Positions 47,892 through 59,974 of a stretch of DNA of 64,000 nucleotides are shown piece after piece. Made by a program: the position numbers and the translations under genes. This stretch comes from Oikopleura dioica (lineage: Eukaryota; Animalia; Chordata), in contig OU015570.1 in NCBI GenBank assembly GCA_907165135.1, positions 1,550,001 to 1,614,000 of the forward strand. Reading direction: 5' to 3'. Numbering within the stretch: position 1 is the stretch's first letter; each line of letters begins with the position of its first letter. Below the pieces are notes generated by a model. The model was not told the origin of the DNA and searched no databases. It saw nothing but the letters and a program-made list of their open reading frames with translations.

Positions 47892-50542
47892 CGTAGCTCT
47901 CCAATCGTTACATTTGTGGCATATTCAGTGGCGACCGTTTTTTTTTCGATGGCCCGGTTGCCCTTATTGCCCTATGTTGCCCTTGTTGCTCATATTGCCT
48001 TTGCTACCATTTTCAGGTTTTTGGCTGAGAAGTCCTCAAGCAGAACGTTTTTCCTACACAATCTGTTGTACTAACCCGAATTTTACTTATCTCTATCAAG
48101 GATTAAGCTTTATTGATGATTCATAGCAAATATTTATAGCAAAAGCGTAGTTCTACGCACGCTGATCAGCAATTCATTATTTAGCATAAAATTGTTGCAG
48201 GGTCGGTGCTTTTTGCTCGGCAACGGGCAAAATATTTTAGTTATAATCTATTTTTTTTGTATCTTACCTGTTTTTTCTCCAAATTTTAATTGCTCGTTGA
48301 ATACTGTAAATGATTTCAATTTTCTTTTTCAAATTTTTGATCTTTCAATTGTGCGTTTGCAGAGTTAACATGGACACTGGTAGCTTGATTGAAGATAAGG
48401 ATACATGTATAAGATTTTCGAATAATTGATAGAACGCATCTGCTGATGTACCGCATCGACGGTTTGCAAAAATGCAGTACGTCAATCGTCGTTCAAGATT
48501 TTTTGAACGCCGTTCAAAGAATCGGCCCAAAAAACGATTTTGAACGGGGCCGCCCGCAACCCGCCCCAGATCTACGGTTCGTCAGGCAAAAAATACCTTC
48601 CTGACGAACCGTGGGTCATTTTTCAGTCATCCCGAGAACGGTCCCATAGATCTTGTTTTTTGCCCCGTATGGGTGAGCAAGAAGAAAAGGCAGGAAAAAA
48701 TTATATAATCTTATTCCCACAAACCACTTAGGTAGTCTAGTCTAGGGTTCCTTAGGGTTACCTTCAGTAAGCCTTACTTACCCTAGCCTATCCCCCTCGG
48801 GTAAATTTGTTCTGTCAGTTTTCCCGGTGTCCTTAACCCTAACCTTAATTTAACCAGAAGTACAACAACCAGAAAACAAAAGAGTGCATATGCGCTTCGC
48901 ACCTGTCTTGTAGAAAACTATGAAGAAAATATGTCAGTCAATCAACAAAACTACGGAAAATGTGTTCATAAAAGTCTTCATGATACATTTAAGAAATGAA
49001 CTTACTAGGAGAAAAGTCGGGAGAACTACGACTTGCCGGGATTTCTGGCCGAGCTACGACTTGCCGGGATTAAATGTGCAGAATCCCGGCGAGTCATCGC
49101 TGATGTTCTAGAAACTCTAGATGAAAGAACTATACGGAAGTTAAAAAATGAAAAATTCGCCGATTATTGATTTTTTTCAATCAGTTTTAAATAGAATATA
49201 ATCGGAACAAATATCAGCTATGACTCGCCGGGATTCTGCAAATTTAATCCCGGCAAGTCGTAGCTCTCCCAAACATACTTATCGACTTCGAGTCAGGGTG
49301 GATTTCTTCAACAACGAAGGTTTTTGGTGCTCAGATTAATCATACCTTTTGCAGCTTCCATGCAATCAAAGGAATGTTTTATCGATCGAAAGATTGTTAA
49401 AACTCTTGAAACTCAAGAACGAAATGCAAGATCGAAGCATGGGCTTGCAAAAAAGTGGAAATCGGAAATTTCAATTTGAGTCAGAATGATGGCTTATAGC
49501 ATCAGCTACCTCCCATTCTATGACAAGGTTGTTAACCGTTTATTTGTTGGAATACTCGAAGAAGAAATATGTAAGCTTGAATGTGACAATCGTGGATGGA
49601 GAACTTTTTTTACATATCTATACGGAACGTTTATCAACCACGACGCGACCTATTCTCCATAAGGAAAGGATTGAAAATTCTGGGGTTGTGAGAAAATTTT
49701 AATTCTAACGTGAGCTATTAATTCACCGTTTCGATGGATTTTTAATAACTGTCGAAAAGATCGCGCCATTTTCGCGAGTCTGAATAGCGGTCCATTTCGG
49801 GGAGCTACGACTCGCCGGGATTTTCACGACTTGCCGGGACGTTGCATAATAAGTCCCGGCGAGTCGTAGCTATTCTAGAAACTCTGATATAAATACCCTC
49901 GATCATTCTTAAATAAGGGTAAGGGTAAAAGTTTTACCAAATTTAGCTTTGCAAAACTGATAAAAGTTTACTTGAAATATTTCTTCTTTTTAACATTGGA
50001 CATTATTTATTCTTAAATTTTGTTTTTAACTGGGTGCTGTTAGGTCAGCAAGAAGCCGTTATGATCTGATAAGGATCGAGGCGCCGCCGCTGTTTTTGCA
50101 CTGCACTCAGTTCTATCTAACTCAACTTGAAATACACACCTATTTCCAGTTATACTCGAAGATTATTCTAGAGAGCCGCAGGATCTATTAGAGAAGCAAC
50201 GATACTTAGTGAAGTGGGAATCAAGAGCTATTCCTGACCTATCAACTGGTGAACAATAGTTTGCAAACCTCGACTCTTCACTGGAAAAATCGAACTACTG
50301 GTTCCGACCGGTAACACATCCTCAGATCGCCTTTCCTACCACTCGGCCAGGCTGATCGACTGGGAGATTCTTGAGCTTTGAAGTCCTTTGGGTTTATTTG
50401 GCTACAGTTAGCAGTTCTGCGCACGCCACTTGAAAGCCCCTAAAAGTAAAATAAAGCCCGACCAGCCTATTTTACGGGGTCACCGCAGGTACTGTTCTAG
50501 CGCTGTCTGGTGCTGGCGTGAATTCAGACTTCCAGCCATCTA

Positions 50543-51308
50543 CCGTGGTTTTCCATTTTAAGAGCGCCCAATTTAAGAGCGTTTTCGCCAACATTTTGCA
50601 AATTATGTTATCTGCGAAAATTCCAATTAAAGAGCGTTTTTGAAGATTTTTATGCAATCAAAAAATTTTTAGACTCAAATAAATCATTAACTAAAACGTG
50701 TAATCTCTGACTGCTTTTCCGGCCATTTTAAAGTCAATGGTTTGGCAGTGTCGGCTCCTTCTGTCATTTGAACTTGAGGTTCTTCTTCAATCTCCATCGC
50801 CGACGGACCATCAGGGTCGGAGCTCTTTTGCTTTTAATCTGATTCCTAGATATTTAATTTACCTATTCCTACAAAGGCTAGAAAATGTACCCTGAGGCAT
50901 GTCTTCCCCATCATTTTCCTTCGGATTATCTATTAGATCTCCATGACAGTCTTTCTCCCATCCTTTCTTTTTGAGCCTTCACCAGAATCTGCGCATATTT
51001 TTTCTTCTAAGCCAAAGACATGTGTTTTTCTTTTCTTCTCCTGGCATTTTCGTTGTTTAAATTTTGAAGAATGAAAGAGATCAGATTAAGAAAAAGCGCT
51101 CGAGCAAAATCCTGAAAAAATCACTCACGTTCTCATCTTGATATACAATTACTTTTGCTTCTAGATCTTTTCTGTTTCATACTTTCGAAATTCCCTGAAA
51201 AATGAAAATAACCACTGTCATCCTATATCGATAGAAAAATTTCCAATTTAAGAGCGTTTTAAGCAAACCCTGTCATCTAAAAAACGCTCTTAAAATAGAA
51301 AACCATGG
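50543..51308 (-). mobile_element. 766-bp TA-flanked element, copy 2 (inverted relative to 44237-45002), inside element C
   Basis: Reverse complement of copy 1, TA on both sides. Confidence 0.9.
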
Positions 51309-51739
51309 TACAACCGCTCAACTCGACGCTCTCGGACCACTTGAACTACTGGTGCTTCTTTCTTTGCCGCAGATCGTGAACTCGAACGCCTGCATTTGCT
51401 CTTCTAAGCCCCTAAAAGTAAAATTTAAGCCTGACCAGCTTATTTAACGGGGTCAACGCAGGTACACGAACCTTTTTCGCTGATACTGCCCGGAAGTTAA
51501 GCCGACCACGTACATTCTTCTGGACCACCTCTAGAATTAGACGACTTGTAACTCCTCCGTGGCGCTCTTCGCTGCATTTGCTCATCAAATTACCCCTAGA
51601 TAAGGATTTTAAGTTCTCCAAAACTTAAAATCCGGGGTATCGCAGGTAGAAAAGTCGGTTAGCAGTGACCTCGCTCCAACTTTAGCCGCCACCCGAACAA
51701 CAAGTCTCCACTGCCGTTGCTGATCCCGATCAACTTCAT

Positions 51740-53100
51740 CGCACGATCTCAACGAGCACTCCCGCCACCTCCGAACGGACTCTGAAAGGGTTCAACAACT
51801 GAATCTTGGACTGACTGACCAAGAACCCAACCAGTATTTCCACAAGTCCGCTGGGTTTCAAACGCGAAGAAATCCGTTGGAATAGCTGATCGCCCCATTT
51901 TCGCCGACTACGCTGCTGCTCATGATGCGTTCTTAACGGCAAAATTTTTGGCCTGGTTTCGCTCACCGCGAAAAGTTCACTGCGCATTTGCACTTCATGA
52001 CTCACGTACTTCTGCACCCCGATGAACTCATCGATACAGTGCCGACTTCAAATACGCTTGTTGACTTCAATCGGACCTTCTTGACGCCATCGTTTCCCGC
52101 GAGCTACCTCCCGTTTTCTCCACTTCCGCCGATGTTGGTGAAAGGTTGATTCGGCTGACACGCCGCACCATCGACGCAAGCGCTCATGAATCTGTAAGTG
52201 AGGCTTGCCTCAACCACGATGAACGTCTGGAAATCTTCAACTGCTTGGAATCGTCATCTAAATACGACTTGATCAGTCGTAAAAGCGTCGAAGATTTTAC
52301 CTCAATGGTAAAATGGGCGTATGATGTATTTGTTCTGTGGCACCCTTCGACTCGATAACACGAGGCAGATTTAATTCTAGCCGTTCCCGCGAAGATGTCT
52401 TTGGCCAGTAGCATTTTGGAGAAAATACTGCTTCTTGATGCTCAAACGGACACCACTCTTCAACTTCTGGTCGCGATTCACACACACTTTTGGTTGAACT
52501 CGCTAGATCCAGAATCTTCGCAAAAGTCGCATAATAGACACACCGCCGACCCTACTTCAACTAAGGAATCCGAGCAAAAGCCAGCTGATGTAAGTGCTGA
52601 CTCGTCGATTTCATCTGAAGATAGCTACAGCGAACTGCTCGACCATGCTGCTTCTGATGCCTTCTGCAGCTATGCCCCAGCGCCTCTGGCTCAAAAGAGC
52701 TTCAGCTCGCCGAAATTTTTGGACGCGCACTGGTCCGAAAATAGCGAGAATTCATGTGCCACGATCATCCAAAGTACTCTTCTCGTCAATGTCGACATTT
52801 CCTGGACTTCAAATGCTCATTGGAGAAGAAATATGTATTTGGGGATGCTCACCTGGACGCGATGCGAAACCGCCCGTCTGCTACATCTAGAACCTTCTTC
52901 CAACTTCATGCCTTGCCGAAAGTTTGGGGGCTGGATGATATTCAAAACCTCCGTCAAAGTTGCGCCTTTGATTGGCAACAGGTTCTGATCAACCAACTGG
53001 AACTATGCTCTAACCAAGTCGCTAACGCGCCACTCATTGTTCCAAAACATGAGTGCCCAACCAAGGTAAATCTTCTTGTTTGGACAACTTACTTCATATT
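51740..53100 (+). pseudogene. Degraded gag-like ORF of element C with Cys/His motifs near the C-terminus
   Basis: Overlapping plus-strand frames 52146-52358, 52395-52988 and 52754-53239. Contains CRHFLDFKCSLE and SCAFDW...C...HECP. Confidence 0.4.
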
Positions 53101-54171
53101 TTCAACTCGCTTGGTTCGATCTTCTCAACGCGCATCACAAATTGAAACGCTGACTCATCGCCGGCTGCTCCGTTCCTACTCTCATCTGCTGCTACTCCTC
53201 TGCTACTCATCACCTCTACACTTCTTCCTTCTTTTCTAGAGTCTCCAATCGTCAGAAGACTTGAAGACTGGGGGAGCTGTTAGGTCAGCAAGAAGCCGTT
53301 ATGATCTGATAAGGATCGAGGCGCCGCCGCTGTTTTTGCACTGCACTCAGTTCTATCTAACTCAACTTGAAATACACACCTATTTCCAGTTATACTCGAA
53401 GATTATTCTAAAGAGCCGCAGGATCTATTAGAGAAGCAACGATACTTAGTGTAGTGGGAATCAGGAGCTATTCCTGACCTATCAGCTCTTAGTGGTTTGA
53501 CAGTGAAATTCAGTTGAAGCATCGTGTTAGTTTGTATTTGTGTGATTTTTCTATTTTAATGTTAGGGTTAGGGGGTCAAAAAGATTTAATTGCGAATCAT
53601 ATTTGTTTCAATAGGTTTGTTTCAATAATATTCTATTTAAAAACGATTGAAAAAAATCAATAATCGGCGAATTTTTCACTTTTTTTACTTCCGTAAAGCT
53701 CTGTCATCTAGAACATCAGCTACGACTCGCCGGGATTCTGCACATTAAATCCCGGCGGGACACGGACTTTTCTTGTAAATGTGACTTTTCTTGTAAAAAC
53801 AAAATTTGACCATTTCTTGTAAAGAACCACTTGTTGTAAATCCGAAAAATTACAAGAAAAGGCCTTCTTCAAAAAATGGTCGATTCTCTTATTTACAAGA
53901 AATGGTCGAAAAAGACTTGATATTTCTTCTTTGATTTCAATAAAATATTATAAAAAATAGAAAGTTGCTATCTTTACAAAGATAAAATCTTAATAAAGAT
54001 TGTCTTTCGTTGTTTTAATTTAATTTCTAAATGACTTCTATAAAAATGGCCTTTACTCAGAGCATGCTTAAGTCGTACGACTATCAGACAGTGAAAAATT
54101 GCAAAGAAATCTCTAGTTCTTTTTAATAGTGATTGTTTGTTGGCATTAAATTAATAATCGTTAGAGACAAA

Positions 54172-54780
54172 ATGGATAAAAATATTGAAGAAAAAGCAGA
54201 TGATTGGAGTAATATGCATCCGGGACAACTTAATTCTCTCTTAACGATGCTCGATGAATTTCCCAACGCAAGGGGTAAACATTTTTATATTTTATCATTT
54301 CTATAGTTTTTATAAGAGCATATTATTCGAAATTAGGCAGCAAGCAGATTCTCGTCATCAGTAAGTGCTGATAAAACAGAGGAAAAGCCTGAGGAGGAAT
54401 TGAGCTCTAGCGGAGGATCTAAAAGTGGAAAAAGTATTCCTGGCCCGGCTGGTGCCGAGGAACACAAGGATAACGATGGACAACAATGTGAACCCGGAAA
54501 GATTGGTGCTCCTGGCGAAGTCGGTAACGTTGGCTCTACTGGCAAGGAACTGCCAAAGTCAGCTGATAGTAAGGAAGTCAAAAATGAGTCTAAAGCTGAT
54601 GAGAAAAAGGAGGAAAGAAGTAAAGATGGGAAAAAGAAGAAAAAGCCATACAAAGCCAAAAAAAACCAATTCCAAAAAAACCAGAACTTCCGATTGATAA
54701 CCGACAGTGTAAAGATCTTCTTCTCAGTGGTTGTCCTGACTCTCCTAAGGCGTGTTTTTGAAATAATTTTTATGAATTGA
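54172..54780 (+). CDS. Low-complexity ORF/exons with a short G-X-Y run and a Lys/Glu-rich tract; possibly N-terminal exons of the MULE gene
   Basis: GPAGAE...GQQCEPGKIGAPGEVGNVGSTGKE. The upstream ATG exon starts at 54172. Confidence 0.35.
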
Positions 54781-56352
54781 TGTTCCATTTATTTTTAAAA
54801 TAGTCGTTTTCGTTATTCTTTACAAAAACCAAACTCAGGTTGCGACTATCCAGTTGTCTTCGAAAAATAATTTACTTGTGTACTTGGCTTCCAATGCTGA
54901 ACTGACAGAAATGCGTCCGAGAGGAATAACTTCTGGTGATTTTGTAAATTTGGCTGGGAAGGATCGAGACCATTTGAAAATTAACGCGCCTTATGGAACA
55001 GTTTTTACCAAAAGACTGAACGTGAAATGTACAACAGCGGGTTGTTCTCTATCTTGCTCTATGTATTGCCAAACCACGGATGCATCTGAAGAATTATTTT
55101 TGAAAAACGAAAATTGGCTTGCCGGGCCGATTAAATCTTCTTGCCATCTCAGCTAAGGCAAAGTTTGAAAAGACTCAGAATTGAACATGGCGATTGTAGT
55201 TTTTGGCACTTAAGCATACATTTTTTCAAACTCTCAAGATTGTCCGAAAAGTATTGATGATGCGAGAGCTCGATTTTTGTCGTCATCATTCAAAAGTAAT
55301 GCTATGGAAGCTGAGCCTTTATCGTCGAAGGCTCTCATAAATTCTGTGTCAAAAGATTTTAACGAAGAAAGCCGAAAAGTACTAACAGCAGGAAGAGACA
55401 ATCGTGATAAGCTTCGTCGGCAGGGAAAGCGGCACGCGAACAAAGTTGATCCTAGCTGTCAAAACAAATTCGATGTCCCCATAGGCCAACGTTTTCTTGG
55501 TTCAAAGCGATTTTTCTGCAATCCAGAGGATCCAAATTTTAATACCGAGTTCTTCAAGAAAAACAGGGTGTTTTTCCTTGATCATGACATGAGACGACTT
55601 GAAGATATTGAGGTTGCATTTATAGGAAAAGTTAAGAAAATGAAAACAAACATGATGAAAGCTAAATTTCCCGCTTCATTTTTGTTTTCTGTCAGACGAA
55701 GCATTGCACAATTGTATAAGTATTTGAACAACAAAACAAAAGCCCGCTCAAGAAATTTTGTTGTTCAAATTATGCATTTTCTCTCTAGATGAATTCTATT
55801 GTTGTTGTCTTTCTGTCAAATGCTAATCAGTGTGAAAATTCTCTTCCCTTTCCACTCAAAAAAGGTGTGTATTTCTCTGATTTTTCTGTACTAAAACAAA
55901 ATAAGTTACTGAAGATGGTTATCAATAACCGAAAGCTTTAACAATAAACAACTAAAAGAATTATAATACGATGTCAACTACAGTTAATAATTAATTGTAT
56001 TAGGGTGCTCAAACTCTGCATCATGTATTCCCTCTGGATTTTTACGGCGCCTCTTGGTCCTTGAGGTTACTAATTTCTTAGCTTCATAAAGATGGAATAA
56101 TGTCTGTCATGAGCGGCTCTGACCTGTACCAGATAGTCATCGTGTCAGAAGCATTAAGATCTCCGGATAACAAACTACTTGGCTTTTCCGCACCACGAGC
56201 ATATTTTGTTCTTTGCGACAAAAAATATGAAACATACGAAGAGCTTATCCAGGAAATCAAAAAAAGAGCTGGTGGACTCAAGAATCTCCAATTCCTAGTC
56301 TCAGACTGGGAGGCTGGATTCAAGAAGATGGTGGATCAGGAACTGGAAGGAG

Positions 56353-57830
56353 TCAGCCATGTACGTTGCTCTTTTCATTTAATCCAGGAATGATTTTATT
56401 TATTTTATATTGATGAACAGAGCAGTTCTCTGTGTAGCTTTTTGCCCTTAATTTTGTCGCTCTTTTTCTGGTTCTTTTCGGGCTTCCGCCAGTCTGGCTA
56501 CTCGTGCTTTCAGCGTTCAATTTGATCAGCTTCGATCTGTCTATCCAGTAAAAATCCGAAAAAATTTGCAATTTCTGCAATTCGTCTCTCAAAGCTTCCT
56601 CGTTCTTAATCTTCTCCACTTGATCTTTTTCTGAGATCGAGCATTTTTATTTTCATTTGATTCATCAAAAAATTCAGTATAATTTTCAAGAAAAGTTCTA
56701 TTTTCTTAATAAATCGACCATTTGTTGTAAATTGAAACATTACCATAGAAAACAAGATTAACAAGAAATGGCTGTTTTTTTTTTAAAAAGTGAACTTTTC
56801 TAGTTATTTTATCTAGAATGACAAAAACGTGATGAGGAGCGTCTTTATCCTCCGTTTTTGCATTTTTGAGGTCGGAAATATCCATCATATGATCTTTCAT
56901 AGTTTTGACAATTGCGCTGTAGCTCTAAGAGACAGTTAGCAGAGCTCATTTATTATACAGAAGATTATCAGCGTTCTCGCTATTTTCGGGTAGTTTTTGT
57001 AAACACTTCTCATCATTTCACTTGCTAGCGTGTTGAAATCGTGTCTGATTTGGATCTGGCTCTAAGCATAGCGGATCGCTTGTTGCTAGCGATAGGCACG
57101 AATCTTAAAAAATATTTGTATCGATTTTCCTTTCAACAGGTGCTGGTTCAGAATTATATATTTGTTGTGAATTGTTGATCCAAATTTACCTAAAATAAGA
57201 CGGTCCTTGTCAGACCAGCGATAGATCTGACGGGTTTCGTTGAGGATCTGTTGCGATTCTAGCGCAGTGTTACAATGGTAAAGCGTCAAGGTTTCGGTTG
57301 AAAGGACGTTTCCGGAGGAGCCTCTTTCGACGAAAGTGAGTTCAAGCTCCCCGTTTTTCATTAGCAGCATATCGGATTCTAACCAACTAGTGATGCTCAG
57401 CGGAATTCGACCCGCGCTGACCTCGTCTAAAAATTGATAATGAAAAATAAAAGTTACTGTCAACGGACCTAATATGTCTTTATTGGAGTTAGGAATGAGG
57501 GATGATGATTGTTTTGAGTCTCCACGCACCAGCTGATAGCCATTCTGGAACAAATGCAATTGAATTCCACTCGTTGGAGGCCAAGAAACGATGAAATAAT
57601 GAAAAGATTCTTGTTTATGAACCTTTTTTCAATTCGAGGCTTTTCGGCAGTTTAGCATTTTCGATCTTTAGGTTTTTATCGGCCTTGGCCAGCTCGTTTC
57701 TGGACCGGTGCAGTAGTGACTTCAAAGCCTCTTCCATAATAAACTCAATCGAATCTCTCTTCTTCCATCTTCGATTATCAGTACCGATTTCTAAAAAGAC
57801 ATGCTCATTTCCTTTCATTTCAACAGTCAA
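56353..57830 (-). CDS. Antisense ORF cluster of unknown function inside the MULE insert
   Basis: ORFs 57615-57830, 57086-57559 (157 aa, globular-looking), 56706-56900 and 56353-56619, all on the minus strand. Confidence 0.35.
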
Positions 57831-58291
57831 AACAGTTTCATGTTTCTATTTTTTCATTTATCCTTGGCAGTTTGAATAATTTTTACTTTTCGAAAGAGCC
57901 CCCATGATCTATGCTGAGTTGATAGTTCATTTTACAAGCATTTTCAGAAGGAGCTTTGTATTGTATTTTGAATTTTCGCGATTTACAAAGAAAAAAAATT
58001 CAAAAAGCTTCAATAACTGCAGTAATTTATTACTTTGGTCTCTTAGAATTTCGTGTCTTTTTCCTTCTTAGTTGACTTTTTCGTTGTTTACGATTTCTTT
58101 TCTTCTGCTTTGAAGGGGGAAATAAAGCAATTATCATTTACAAGAAAAGTTCTTTTTTCTTAATAAATCGACCATTTCTTGTAAATTTAAATATTTCCAT
58201 AAGAAACGAAATTTACAAGAAATGGTCGTTTTATGATAAAAAGAGAACTTTTCTTGAATTAGCTAAAGAAGAAAAATATTATCAAAAAAAC

Positions 58292-58422
58292 CTCCAAGGC
58301 TTCTTTCCAGGCTTTGATCACTTCCAAGAAATTATCCGCGTTGTTGTCGGTGACAAACCAGAGGCGAATCCTACTCTTTGGATAATTCTGCCGCTCAAGA
58401 CCACCGAGAAAGTACTTCAAAG
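58292..58422 (-). pseudogene. COLGALT1: Single exon of procollagen galactosyltransferase (GT25) family
   Basis: An AG/GT-bounded exon encodes LKYFLGGLERQNYPKSRIRLWFVTDNNADNFLEVIKAWKEALE, matching the remembered COLGALT/CERCAM motif L.RL.YP..R..LW..TDHN.DN...L..W. Confidence 0.7.
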
Positions 58423-58504
58423 CTGAATTTTTTTTTTTTCGTGAACTTATAACAGCTCATTGTTTTTTTAAGATTTCTTATTTTGGCGAATTAGAAAATT
58501 TGAA

Positions 58505-58720
58505 TTAAGTAATGATCGAATCTTCCGTTTCCAGCGTAAATTTAGGTGTTTGGCCAAAGATCCATTTCCATTCTTTCAGCTCTTCCACTCTCTTTTGAAT
58601 CTCTTCGAGCGCCTCCGGATTCACAACTTCGACGTTTTCAAAAGTTTCTTCAAATGTTTTGCTCAAATTTTTCGCAAGCGAAGTTTCCAGTGCTTGATTA
58701 TCGTTGATTCCAACTTTTAC
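58505..58720 (-). pseudogene. LIPT1: Fragment of lipoyltransferase 1 / lipoate-protein ligase
   Basis: IQKRVEELKEWKWIFGQTPKF matches the conserved EL.(S/T)WEW.(Y/F)G.TPKF motif. The flanking domains are absent. Confidence 0.75.
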
Positions 58721-59125
58721 TATTCGACCTTTCAATCTTCATCTTTTTATCCGTCGCACTTCCAGAGTCAATTTTCTCTTTAAAATCATTAATAGAGCAT
58801 CCGTCGCAAAATTGCTAAACTTGGATTGCTTCGATCATGGAATAAAAAAACTTCGAAAGAATTACGAGCAGTTTTATACAGTCTGCCATATTATCAGCTT
58901 TCTAATAAGGATATTCGAAAAGCTGTTTTGAATATAATTGCAGCTGAAATCGAAAAGAAGAAAAAGGAGGATAAACAACTTGAGGAAAATTGGGAAAAAT
59001 TCTCTCAGTATCTTCTTGACACGTATATTGGAATCGACCATCGATTTGATCCTGCGGATTGGGCTGACACTGTGAATGCTAGACTTTTATCTAGCACAGG
59101 AATGTCAGCTATTTTGACAGTCGTG

Positions 59126-59350
59126 ATCGACCTTTGTCCGGACATTTCTAGGCCATAAGATACTTGGTCCGGAAATTCTGGGCCATAAATGATCTCGGTC
59201 TGAAAATCCTTTGAGGATCAAATCTCTTTTGAAACCATACCAATACAAGTACATATTATTCTTGATCAAAATCGACCTTTGTCCGGAAATTTCTGGGCCA
59301 TAAGATACTTGGTCCGGAAAATCTGGGCCATAAATGATTTTGGTCTGAAT
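59126..59350. repeat. Two ~85-bp direct copies (atcgacctttgtccgga...gggccataaatgat) within a transposase intron
   Basis: Copies start near 59126 and 59272. Confidence 0.75.
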
Positions 59351-59974
59351 AAATTGATTAAAAAATAGCTTGATTAAAGTTGATTCAACTAACAATCAGG
59401 CTGAAAGTCAGAATGCGAGGCTCACGTGCTTGCTGGAGAAAAAAAACACTCTTCGTGCTATTTTTTCTGCGATTTACAGCCACAAAAAACTTGCCTATGA
59501 TGACGAACAATATTATATTGAGCAGCAACGATTTCCTACTGCAACAACTAGAATAACAAGCTTGTGTTGGATGATAAAATATCTTGAAGCGAAAGATTTC
59601 GCGAAAAAATTGAGAAGAAGAAGCATCACAAGTTCAATTTCGATTGACTTAGCCGAACTTCAAAAATCAATTATTGAAACTAGCCTAGCTTTTTGGAATG
59701 CTCGGGATCGAGCAGAAGAAATTGCCGCGAAAAAGGACGTCGCTGATATTTTCTATGGCTCAATTGACTGGAATGATCCTATTGCTGTTGAATTTCAAAT
59801 GGCAATAGATGAAACACATGCGATACAAAATCTACGTCTAAAGGAAGTTGACAAAAGTGCTCATGAAAAAAATCAGAAAAAACCTGAAATCAAGGAAGAA
59901 AAATCCGATGATGGAAAATACGAATACCGACACGTTCAAGATTCTTCTGTAAAAAGAAAAAAAAAGACGCTGAC

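Larger units (their letters stand above)
50038..53484 (+). mobile_element. Element C: non-autonomous LTR element (207-bp LTRs), no pol
   Basis: LTRs 50038-50244 and 53278-53484 are TG...CA with 3 substitutions. PBS-like TGGTGAAC after the 5' LTR, PPT gggggag before the 3' LTR. The interior has only a degraded ORF and a MITE. Confidence 0.9.
47013..53756. repeat. Dispersed family of inverted units agctacgac(t/c)tgccgggat / atcccggc(a/g)agtcgtagct
   Basis: Clusters near 47020-47050, 49020-49100, 49215-49265, 49800-49870 and 53718-53756. Confidence 0.7.

Noticed and set aside
48740-48850. tagggtt/aaccctaacc motifs suggesting interstitial telomeric repeat
   Set aside because: Only scattered single units, no tandem TTAGGG array.
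50032-53490. TSD for LTR element C
   Set aside because: The flanks (ggtgc / gctct) do not give a 4-6-bp duplication, so none is claimed.
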